Positions 10,076-18,099 of a DNA stretch of 64,000 nt are shown here, one piece after another (the stretch's first letter is position 1; the number at the start of each line of letters is the position of its first letter). The DNA comes from an uncultured delta proteobacterium (GTDB lineage Bacteria > Desulfobacterota > RBG-13-43-22). Location of the stretch: contig CAVQFQ010000008.1 in assembly GCA_963711835.1 (NCBI GenBank), forward strand, positions 1 to 64,000, in the 5' to 3' direction. A program made the position numbers and the translations under genes. The notes under the pieces were generated by a model that had not been told where the DNA came from, made no database searches, and saw only the letters and a program-made list of their open reading frames with translations.

Positions 10076-11509
10076 TCAGGTGAGGGTCTTCTCATCTCTG
10101 TGGGGAATAGATCGGTTTGCATTTTTTACACTTTCCACAATGAAGGCCAATATTACCCCGATAATTAAGCCCATCAAAATTGCCACGGCTAAATTGACCT
10201 TTATCCTCGGCTTGAAACGATCTCTTGGTTCTTCCGCCGGATCGACCACATAGATATTAACCGCCCTATTCTCTTCATCGATATTGGATTCTTTTAACCG
10301 TTTCAAGAGAAGCTCATAAATGCCTCGGTTGGATTCGACTTCCTGCTGAAGAACCTGGTATTGGATGGCTACCTTATCCCGGTTGATCGTTTCATTTTGG
10401 CTTTGCCCAAGGGCTTCTTTGAGGGATCTTTCCTGGGTCAAGGCCACTTCATATCTACTTTTCAGGCCCTCCACAATCCCCTTGATTTCCTGAAGTTTCT
10501 TTTTATTAAGGTTTTCCATTTCCTGATTCAGACCCACCATGGTGGGGTGTTTGGGTCCAAATTTCTCCATTTTTTCGGATCGCTCTTTTAAGAGTTGGAC
10601 CTCCTGGTTTTTTATGGCAATGATCACCGGATTGCTAAGCACCTCCGGGATGGAATCGACTTGTTCCGGATGCTGAAGCAAATCCCTGGCCTTTTTATAG
10701 CTGACCTCGGCCTCGATACGCTTATTGACGGCCTCCACTAATTGGGTATTCACCTGGGCCAGTTTTTGGCGACTGATATCCTGAGAACCCAGGACGTTCT
10801 TATTTGATGGACTTCCGCTTGAGATGGTTACCCCAAACTTTTCCCGGTACTGTTGGAGGGTCTGTTCGGAGGCCTGCAGGTTGCGTTTGGATTCCTTGAC
10901 CTGCTCATCCAGAAATTTTGAGGCCGTCTGTTGGGTCCTGATCCGGAGTCCCAGGTTCCAACCAATATAAGCCTGGGTCAGGGAATTTACGACTTGGGCA
11001 GCCAGCTTCGGGTCGGTTGATTCAAAATTGATATTAACCAGACGGCTGTTGCGGATAGGATCGATCTTAATTTTTGTTAGAAAGGCATCGACCAGCTTAG
11101 CATCACTAATGGAGGGTTTGTCCGATGATTGAGTGGTATTTCCTTTAATGTTATCTATCTGTTTTCCCAATAAGCCCTTAAAATCCGGATGTTGACTTAA
11201 ATTAAGATCTTTGATGACTTGCCGGGCCAGGGATCGGGATTCCAGGATCTGGTATTGGGTCTGGTAGAAATCCGTCCCGGAGGGGTCGATAATCATCAGT
11301 TCCTGGGTGGAAAGGATGTTGGGCTTGGCCTTCTCGATCAGGATCTGGGCCGTGGCCCGATAGATGGGGGTGGCCAGGAAGGTATAGAGGGCAACCGGAA
11401 CGACAATGGCCAAAAAAACAATTAAAACCAGCCGGCGCCTTTTAACCAGCACTTTCCAGTAATCGACCAGATTTATTTCATCATTATTGGGCGTTAATTG
11501 ATTTTCCAT
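10076..11509 (-). CDS. GumC/Wzc-type polysaccharide chain-length determinant (no kinase domain)
   Basis: EINLVDYWKVLVKRR, TPIYRATAQILI, coiled coil, VVDPAEEP...KP, two transmembrane segments. Confidence 0.9.
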   Translation of the reverse strand: MENQLTPNNDEINLVDYWKVLVKRRRLVLIVFLAIVVPVALYTFLATPIYRATAQILIEKAKPNILSTQELMIIDPSGTDFYQTQYQILESRSLARQVIKDLNLSQHPDFKGLLGKQIDNIKGNTTQSSDKPSISDAKLVDAFLTKIKIDPIRNSRLVNINFESTDPKLAAQVVNSLTQAYIGWNLGLRIRTQQTASKFLDEQVKESKRNLQASEQTLQQYREKFGVTISSGSPSNKNVLGSQDISRQKLAQVNTQLVEAVNKRIEAEVSYKKARDLLQHPEQVDSIPEVLSNPVIIAIKNQEVQLLKERSEKMEKFGPKHPTMVGLNQEMENLNKKKLQEIKGIVEGLKSRYEVALTQERSLKEALGQSQNETINRDKVAIQYQVLQQEVESNRGIYELLLKRLKESNIDEENRAVNIYVVDPAEEPRDRFKPRIKVNLAVAILMGLIIGVILAFIVESVKNANRSIPHRDEKTLT

Positions 11510-11521
11510 ACATTTCCTTTA

Positions 11522-11705
11522 TGAGCTCAAAGGTGAAAGCTCAAAGCTGAAAGTGAAAAACACGTAGAAAGCTCAAAGGTGAAAGATTAAAGCGAGAAAA
11601 AGCTCAAAGCAAGTCGATAGCTCAAAGATGAAAGCTCAAGGCTGAAAGCAAAAATGAGCACAAAGCTGAAAGCTCAAAGGTCAAAGCTAAAACAGAAAAG
11701 CAAGT
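11522..11705 (+). repeat. 7-nt tandem array (AAAGCTC/AAAGCTG)
   Basis: agctcaaaggtgaaagctcaaagctgaaag... Confidence 0.9.
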
Positions 11706-11742
11706 AAAAATTCAGATATAAATCCAGGGAGCTCCGACATGG

Positions 11743-12120
11743 TTATTTTTTTAGGATTGAGTTTATTAAGCCTTTGATCATCGAAGCTATTTCTACCGCA
11801 TGCCTTTGCATTTCTGCGTGCTGATCACCCTCTATCCACTTTTTCCTTTTGAATATCTCCAGCAAACTCATTGTTTCATATAGAGAGCCCCTGGCTATAT
11901 ATAAATATTGAACAAATTCCTTTTTTGAAAACCGCCCTTTTCCTTCGGCTATATTCATAGAAATACTTGAAGAGGCGGATTCCATCTGTTCTAACAGTCG
12001 GAAGTGTTTTCTTCCGCTTTTACTATTTTCAATAGCATCAATGACCATTACAGCAAAATCAATAGCTTTATTCCAAACCGCCAGATTCTCGAATCCTAAT
12101 TTTATCTTTTCTTCCCCCAT
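11743..12120 (-). CDS. Four-helix-bundle protein (23S rRNA IVS-protein-like family)
   Basis: FENLAVWNKA, SISMNIAEGKGR, FVQYLYIARGSLYET. Confidence 0.92.
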   Translation of the reverse strand: MGEEKIKLGFENLAVWNKAIDFAVMVIDAIENSKSGRKHFRLLEQMESASSSISMNIAEGKGRFSKKEFVQYLYIARGSLYETMSLLEIFKRKKWIEGDQHAEMQRHAVEIASMIKGLINSILKK

Positions 12121-12135
12121 TAATCGCCTCCTATC

Positions 12136-12237
12136 CAGCCTTTAGTATTTTTTCCTTTGACTTTTCAGCTTTGACCTTTGAGCTTCTGCCTTTGATCTTG
12201 TTCTTGCTTTGAGCTTTCAGCCTTGAGCTTTGAGCTA
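12136..12237 (-). repeat. 7-nt tandem array, inverted relative to 11522-11705
   Basis: ctttgagctttcagccttgagctttgagcta. Confidence 0.9.
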
Positions 12238-13062
12238 AAAGTAGCTTTCCGGTACAATAACGGTATCCCCCGGTTGGACCAAGGTTTCCATGGTAACTTT
12301 GATTTCTATTTTTTTGCCCTCCGCCTCGCGAACAATTCGGGTTCGATTGGGGGCGGCCTTATTGCTCAGCCCACCGCCCAGGCTAATCCCCATGAGGACG
12401 GTGAGCCCTCTTTCGAGGTTATATTTCCCGGGGTTTTTGACTTCACCCATGACGAAGAAATAGGGCATTTTGGGTACAACGATTGAATCGCCGTCCTTAA
12501 TAATACTATTGTGGCCTGAGTCTCCGGCAAGGGTGTTTTTCAAATTGACACGAATAATAGTTTCATTTTTTTGTTCCGCTTCCTTTAAGCTGATGCCTGC
12601 CGTTCTGGGATTTTTCGGCCGGATAATGACCACCTCATCGCCGGCGTCTTTTGTCGGACCGCCGGCCTGGGAAAGGATATAAAGGAGGTTATTCTCTTTG
12701 GTTACCGGGTACAAGCCGGCCTTATTTACTTCGCCCATAACAAAAACCTTCTGGCTGTTAAATTCTTTTACCGCTACGGTTACCTGAGGGTTGACAATAA
12801 ACCCATCCCCTAATCTTTTCGCCAACTCCTTTTCAAGGGTCTGGGTTGATTTTCCAGCGGCCTTTATTTCTCCAAGCATGGGAAAGGAAATAGCGCCTTC
12901 TATGGAGACGGAAGCGGTTCTTTTGAGATCGTCGTGGCCCCAAACAGTAATTTCCACGACATCTTCCGGGCCAAGGAGATAGTCGCTTTGGGCGAACACA
13001 GACCCAGGAAATAAGGCGATTATCAGTGTAAAAATCAGGATCAAAAAGGATTTTGTACCCAT
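12235..13062 (-). CDS. Polysaccharide export protein (Wza/Poly_export plus SLBB domains)
   Basis: YLLGPEDVVEITVW, GAISFPMLGEI, VMGEV repeats, PGDTVIVPESYF; RBS AAGGAG before 13062. Confidence 0.9.
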   Translation of the reverse strand: MGTKSFLILIFTLIIALFPGSVFAQSDYLLGPEDVVEITVWGHDDLKRTASVSIEGAISFPMLGEIKAAGKSTQTLEKELAKRLGDGFIVNPQVTVAVKEFNSQKVFVMGEVNKAGLYPVTKENNLLYILSQAGGPTKDAGDEVVIIRPKNPRTAGISLKEAEQKNETIIRVNLKNTLAGDSGHNSIIKDGDSIVVPKMPYFFVMGEVKNPGKYNLERGLTVLMGISLGGGLSNKAAPNRTRIVREAEGKKIEIKVTMETLVQPGDTVIVPESYF

Positions 13063-13074
13063 GGAGGCTCCTTT

Positions 13075-13270
13075 ATGAAAAAAAGAAAAAGATAAAAAAA
13101 CAAAAACGTTTTTTGGCACGGATGACACGGATTACGCTGTTATGGCCTCTCATCCGCCTATGGCGGAAAAAGAAAGAAAGGCAAAGACATTTTTGGCACG
13201 GTTACTGCCTATCATTTCTCCAGAAATCGGGCACTCGATTTCTGGAGACCGGCGCCCGTCGGAGACCAAT
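13075..13270. repeat. Composite intergenic repeat cluster
   Basis: Near copy of 6675-6790 plus hairpin 13217-13248. Confidence 0.85.
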
Positions 13271-13305
13271 CGGGGAAGATTCCAATTCCCTTTCAAAGAC
13301 AACCG

Positions 13306-13541
13306 CTATTGGGGATCCGATATCGTTTCACTTTCCCATTCCCTCCGAGTTATTCCTCCCTGCCGCATTAATCTTTTTATTAGATCCGCTCCTATATTTT
13401 CTTGGTGAGGATTTGGGAGGGTAAGCCTCAAGTCGTCTTTGATCATGAAAGGTGTTTACCCCCCGCATAGGGTCCATCAAAACCGAGAGACTTTAGCTTA
13501 CTTACTAAGTCCCTAAACGAAAGTGGGCCTAATTTTGTCAT
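13306..13541 (-). pseudogene. HicA-family toxin, frameshifted
   Basis: MTKLGPLSFRDLVSKLKSLGFDGPYAGGKH, then shift in a T run to FMIKDDLRLTLPNPHQENIGADLIKRLMRQGGITRREW. Confidence 0.8.
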
Positions 13542-13787
13542 TTATGCAGCTACGTTAACTTCCCTTATTTCGAAGGTTCCAAGAATTGGAATCGGAAGCG
13601 TTTTCTTTAAACTAATTAATATCCATCCCTCGATAACATCCTTGAGATTCTCTCGGCATTCTTCTAACGTTTTACCCTTTGCCCAAACTCCCTTGAGGTC
13701 TGGGATTTCCCCGTAATAGGGTTCTTCGTCATCGATTAATTCATATCGGGCCCTACGTAAGGCTTCCTGAATGTATTCAACCAGCAT
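13542..13787 (-). CDS. HicB-family antitoxin
   Basis: YYGEIPDLKGVWAKGKTLEECRENLKDVIEGW; RBS AGGAGG. Confidence 0.9.
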   Translation of the reverse strand: MLVEYIQEALRRARYELIDDEEPYYGEIPDLKGVWAKGKTLEECRENLKDVIEGWILISLKKTLPIPILGTFEIREVNVAA

Positions 13788-13847
13788 AGATTTAACCCTC
13801 CTAATTTCTTGAGACCTTTGACTGATTAAATGGGGAAAATTTAAATG

Positions 13848-13920
13848 CCTTTTTGGCACCCCAGTTAAATAGTCCTTCTGAATTTAACAGGGCAAGCGGA
13901 TTACGCGGATGGCACGGTTA
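13848..13920. repeat. CACGGAT repeat with nested palindrome
   Basis: Third copy of the module seen at about 2640 and 2760. Confidence 0.85.
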
Positions 13921-14011
13921 TAATATTGAAAACCTTGCGCTTGATTTCTACGGATTCGCCGAAATTGATCAGCAGCCCCACTTCCAGACCCGTGGCCTTC
14001 AGGCAGCAGTT
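13901..14011 (-). pseudogene. GxxExxY-family protein, C-terminal remnant
   Basis: LKATGLEVGLLINFGESVEIKRKVF, typical of the GxxExxY C-terminus; stop codon lies inside the repeat. Confidence 0.8.
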
Positions 14012-14070
14012 CTTTTCCCGAGTTAAGTTCAAAAGGATGCTCTTTTCTTCCCCCAGATAAGCTGTCAAAA

Positions 14071-14280
14071 TCAAGCAGCTTGGAGTTTTTTCTCCATCAT
14101 TTTAATGACGTCTTTAAACATAGAAGAAGCTTTAAAAATTTCCACCCCTATCAGTTTGCCGTCTCTGTCCAGTTCCATATTTACATTCGAGCCCAACTCG
14201 ACAACCTCTTCCTCTTCTCCTTCCTTAGCCAGATACAAAATATCCTGTTGGTCATCATAAAAAACTTTAAATGCTTCCAT
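14071..14280 (-). CDS. DUF2283-family protein
   Basis: VFYDDQQDILYL, ELDRDGKLIGVEIFKAS. Confidence 0.85.
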   Translation of the reverse strand: MEAFKVFYDDQQDILYLAKEGEEEEVVELGSNVNMELDRDGKLIGVEIFKASSMFKDVIKMMEKKLQAA

Positions 14281-14561
14281 TAAAGCCTCCTCCATCGGCC
14301 ACCGGCAACCCTGTTTTCTTTTTGCCCTTCTTTCAACGGGTGGATTGTTAAAATTGTTACCTCATCACCTTCTACAGTATAAGCTATCATAACTTCTCTG
14401 TTTTTTCCACAAAGCCCTTCTAAGGCTACAGCGATAAAATGACCGCTCAATACGTCCAGATATCTTTCCTCTGATTTTTTAAATATTTTCTTTGGAAGGG
14501 TTGCATCAATTTTTCTTAAAATCAATCTACCTTCTAAGTGCCGGGAGTATTGGATAGACAA
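14280..14561 (-). CDS. DUF4258-like protein (putative toxin partner of DUF2283)
   Basis: YSRHLEGRLILRKI...VTILTIHPL; start uncertain. Confidence 0.65.
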   Translation of the reverse strand: MSIQYSRHLEGRLILRKIDATLPKKIFKKSEERYLDVLSGHFIAVALEGLCGKNREVMIAYTVEGDEVTILTIHPLKEGQKENRVAGGRWRRL

Positions 14562-14595
14562 TATGTTATTTTTTTCCAATTTGATAGACGTTGAA

Positions 14596-14795
14596 AACCT
14601 CAAGAAATCTCATCCGCCAAGGGCGGAGAAAACGAACGAAAGGCAGAGATATTTTTTGGCACGGATTACGCGGATTACACGGTTATTGCCTATCATTTCT
14701 CCAGAAACCGGGCACCCGATTTCTGGAGACCGGCGCACGCCGGAGATCAAACGGTTAAAGGGAGCGGCGGGGACCCGCCTGCCCCTTCAAGAATT
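14596..14795. repeat. Composite intergenic repeat cluster
   Basis: ccgccaagggcgga, ggcacggattacgcggattacacgg, hairpin 14698-14729. Confidence 0.85.
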
Positions 14796-14799
14796 CACC

Positions 14800-16029
14800 T
14801 TAAAAGGCCAGGGAAAGGGTTAGCCAGATCCTGTTTTCAGTATAATCATAATTCTTGAATGTGGATCTGTTATCCGTATACGCATATTGAAGATTTATGG
14901 ATAACCAGCGCTGCAGGGCATACTGTATCCCCAGGCCCCCAGCCCACTGACGGTCGTCACGTATCTTAAAGCTCCCGTCTATATCAAAGGTCTTATCTTC
15001 AAAACTTATAGTTCCGTAGCCCAGGGAAGCATTAAGGCTGATTTTCTCATTCCAGGAAAGGATATGCCGGTACAACAGGATCAGTTGGGTATTTATATAA
15101 GGGACAAAGGTATCTATATCTTCTTCAATGCCTCTACTAATTTTTAAATTGATCTTATCCCGAGATGTAGCCAGGTAATTCAGGTCAACCAAGACCGAGT
15201 AGGTATTGATCTCATCCTTTATCCCCGGAAGCGGTTGATCAAAGCTCTTTTTCGCCAACCCGACTTTCAAGAACCCGCTCAGTCTGGCCGTTGGATCAAA
15301 GGAAACTCCCAAATAGCCTGCATGGTTGGTGCTGCTATTAACCGTTCTGTTCGGATATTCTATGGTAAAATAATTGTAATCTATAATGACTTCACTTTTT
15401 TGCGAAACCCGATAGGAAAAGGACATTCCAAAAAAATTCTGGCGTAAATCCCCGGCCTGGTCAATTGCCTCCTTATAACTGTAGTCGTAAAGTTTATATC
15501 TTCCTTCAATGGCCCAGCGATCGGCAAAGTGATATTTGGCCTGGAGATTGAAATCATTCGAAGTATAGGGCAAGGCCCGAAAGGGATCAGAAATCGGGGG
15601 GATATTTTTTATCTCCTTGGCTTTCCGGGGGATGGCGGCATCTTTATAAGAATCCGAAAAGGTAGCCGAGAGCCCATTGGGAAAATCAAGCTTAAAAGAC
15701 CCGTCAAGACTTTGATCAGTAAAGTTCGTCTCGGTATGTGATAAAAACCGATTCAGGTCGGCCTGATAACCCACCTGAAGACTATGCCGCCTTAAAGGTA
15801 GATAGATGTGAATACCCGGAGATAAAGTATTTATAAAATCACTTTCGGCCTTCAACCCCCCATAATTTTTATAAATATTGTCGCTGTATGTTTCCGTGGC
15901 GCTCAAAAAAGGATGAATTTCCAGCGGGCCGATTTTTAGGTTTCCTTTTTCAGTCCCGACCATTTGGGCCTCGATAGGCAGGTAATAAAGAAGGAAAATG
16001 AGAAAAATAAATTTAGGAACCTTGTTCAT
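14800..16029 (-). CDS. Outer-membrane beta-barrel protein of exopolysaccharide export (EpsL/BBP2-like)
   Basis: Signal peptide, HPFLSATETYSDNIY, alternating beta strands, C-terminal Phe; context. Confidence 0.8.
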   Translation of the reverse strand: MNKVPKFIFLIFLLYYLPIEAQMVGTEKGNLKIGPLEIHPFLSATETYSDNIYKNYGGLKAESDFINTLSPGIHIYLPLRRHSLQVGYQADLNRFLSHTETNFTDQSLDGSFKLDFPNGLSATFSDSYKDAAIPRKAKEIKNIPPISDPFRALPYTSNDFNLQAKYHFADRWAIEGRYKLYDYSYKEAIDQAGDLRQNFFGMSFSYRVSQKSEVIIDYNYFTIEYPNRTVNSSTNHAGYLGVSFDPTARLSGFLKVGLAKKSFDQPLPGIKDEINTYSVLVDLNYLATSRDKINLKISRGIEEDIDTFVPYINTQLILLYRHILSWNEKISLNASLGYGTISFEDKTFDIDGSFKIRDDRQWAGGLGIQYALQRWLSINLQYAYTDNRSTFKNYDYTENRIWLTLSLAF

Positions 16030-16495
16030 TGGTTTTAAAAAATGTAACACTTTAGGTGTTTGAAAATTTGTCAAAGCTAATTTTTCTTGGAATCCTGGGT
16101 GGTTTTTAGATGTAATGGAGAAGAGAATAGAACTTAGTGATGTAGGACTAATTTATAGTCAAAGAGGCTTTTTAGTGGGTATTGATTCAAAAACTACATA
16201 AAGCTCCGCTCCTTCGGTTACAGGAAAACCTCTTCCTGATCACTTCCATGATTGAGAAAAGTTTCCTTGTCTTTGTTTCTTTGATCCTTAATAATTAGCG
16301 GAAGAAACAGTAATTGTCAAGTAATCAATAGCAAGATTTTATTTTATTTTTTCTATTTATGAGACGCCGGAGAATTAGGAGATTTTGGGCAAAAACCAGG
16401 GAAAAAAGATCTAAGGAAGACCTTGATTCCAGTTGATTTTATATTTATAGGAATATTCTTACAAAGTCACTTTTTAGGACGATTCGCCGGCCCGA

Positions 16496-17272
16496 TCAGG
16501 TTTTTGGGGCTTCCAGGAGGGTTTCATTGCGTGGTTTGTGAAACTGTTCGTCGAGATAATCGAGGGTCTTTTGCTGATGGCGAATGATTTTTCCAACCAC
16601 CATGAAAACCACCATTTCCGATATGTGAACGGCATGATCGGCGATCCGTTCCAGGTACTTGGCCACAAACATGATCTTCATGGCCCGTGGGATGGCGATG
16701 GTGTGTTCGGACATCATATTGAGCAGTTCTTCGATCACTTTTTTGTAAATACTATCCACATAGCTGTCATCTTTGCAGACCTGAAGGGCCTGTTCCACAT
16801 CTTCCCTGATAAAGGCGTCCAGGGCATTCCGAACCAGTTCCTCAGTGGCTTCAGCCATGACCGGCAGATGAAAACAAACTCCGGTTCGGGGATCTTCAAA
16901 CATCTCAATGGACCGTTTGGCGATATTGGTGGCCAGGTCGCCCATGCGTTCCAGGGTGGTGATAATCTTCATGGCCGTGGAAATAAAACGCAGATCCTTC
17001 CCGGCCGGTTGCCGAAGGGCGATCATCCGCAGGCACATCTCTTCGGTATCCACTTCCAATTCGTTGATCTGCTGGTCTGAATCAATGATGGCCTGGGCCA
17101 GACCCAGATCCCGGGCGGTCGCGGAGGTAATGGCCGAGACGATATTATGCTCAACCCGCTCTCCCATACGCAGGATCTTTTGTTTCAAGAGGCTTAATTC
17201 TTCATCGTATTTGGTGTTGATATGGGAACGTTGCATAAATCGGCACCAAAGCCCTTTCAAATCAACTGCCAT
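16496..17272 (-). CDS. phoU: Phosphate signalling protein PhoU
   Basis: ALRQPAGKDLR, LERMGDLATNIA, LERIADHAVHISE. Confidence 0.93.
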   Translation of the reverse strand: MAVDLKGLWCRFMQRSHINTKYDEELSLLKQKILRMGERVEHNIVSAITSATARDLGLAQAIIDSDQQINELEVDTEEMCLRMIALRQPAGKDLRFISTAMKIITTLERMGDLATNIAKRSIEMFEDPRTGVCFHLPVMAEATEELVRNALDAFIREDVEQALQVCKDDSYVDSIYKKVIEELLNMMSEHTIAIPRAMKIMFVAKYLERIADHAVHISEMVVFMVVGKIIRHQQKTLDYLDEQFHKPRNETLLEAPKT

Positions 17273-17307
17273 CCGCTATTGCGGATGATTAGAGGGTTAC
17301 TTTATTA

Positions 17308-17778
17308 CTAACGTACCAGCCTGGCAAACTCCGACAGGACATCCTGGCTGCGAACCACTCCGATGATTTTTCCGGCATCGACCACCGGGATGATGTCCAC
17401 ATTTTCACTATCCATAATCTGAAGTACTTCCAATAGGTTTTGATTGGGTCGGACCGCCAGATCATAATGGACCAGAACATCATTGACGGTGATGATCGAA
17501 CCATCCCGGCATTGATGCAGCAGGTCGTTGAGCCAATCCTGCCCCTGCCCCTCCCGGAGCGATTGATTCCGGAGATAAAGGAGATACCGCAGGATATCCC
17601 TGGCCGTCAGCAGGCCCAGATACTCTCCCGAAGCCCGCCGGATCACCAACCCCAGGTCTCCCGGATGTTCCCGGTTGGTCCCCGAAAGAATGGCACAGGC
17701 CTCTTTTAAAGGGGTTTCGGGAGTTACCATCTGATATCTGGAATCTATTACATCCCAAACTTGTTTTTCTAAGGGCAT
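17308..17778 (-). CDS. CBS-domain protein
   Basis: Paired CBS motifs (YLGLLTARDIL; IPVVDAGKIIGVVRSQDV). Confidence 0.85.
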   Translation of the reverse strand: MPLEKQVWDVIDSRYQMVTPETPLKEACAILSGTNREHPGDLGLVIRRASGEYLGLLTARDILRYLLYLRNQSLREGQGQDWLNDLLHQCRDGSIITVNDVLVHYDLAVRPNQNLLEVLQIMDSENVDIIPVVDAGKIIGVVRSQDVLSEFARLVR

Positions 17779-17923
17779 GAGGGGCTCCTCCTTATTGAAA
17801 GACCAGGGGAATCACGACTTTTTACGAGTTCAGCAGTCTTGGTATACTTTTTTTTAATAGGCCTTGTCAAGGAGAGGGTTTATGATTAAGATATAGTTGA
17901 AAAAAAACCCCTTGTCAAGGAAA

Positions 17924-18010
17924 CCTCAAATAGCTCATAGCTGATAGCTCGTAGCTCATAGGGGAAAGCAAAGGGATAATAGCTCATAGCTGATAGCTCG
18001 GAGCTCAGAG
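17924..18010 (+). repeat. Orphan 7-nt tandem array (ATAGCTC)
   Basis: tagctcatagctgatagctcgtagctcatag, present twice. Confidence 0.85.
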
Positions 18011-18099
18011 GATACTTAAAGCATTAATAAAAACTGTGTAAATCAAACAGAAGGACCTAAAGCAAAAATGCGGGTGAGGCCTAACCAGAAAGCAACAAC

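Noticed and set aside
11743-12120. Diversity-generating retroelement (Avd-like gene)
   Set aside because: No reverse transcriptase and no template/variable repeat pair with adenine-specific mismatches
2633-14800. CRISPR array
   Set aside because: Repeats are degenerate, modular and separated by genes rather than by constant-length spacers; no cas genes
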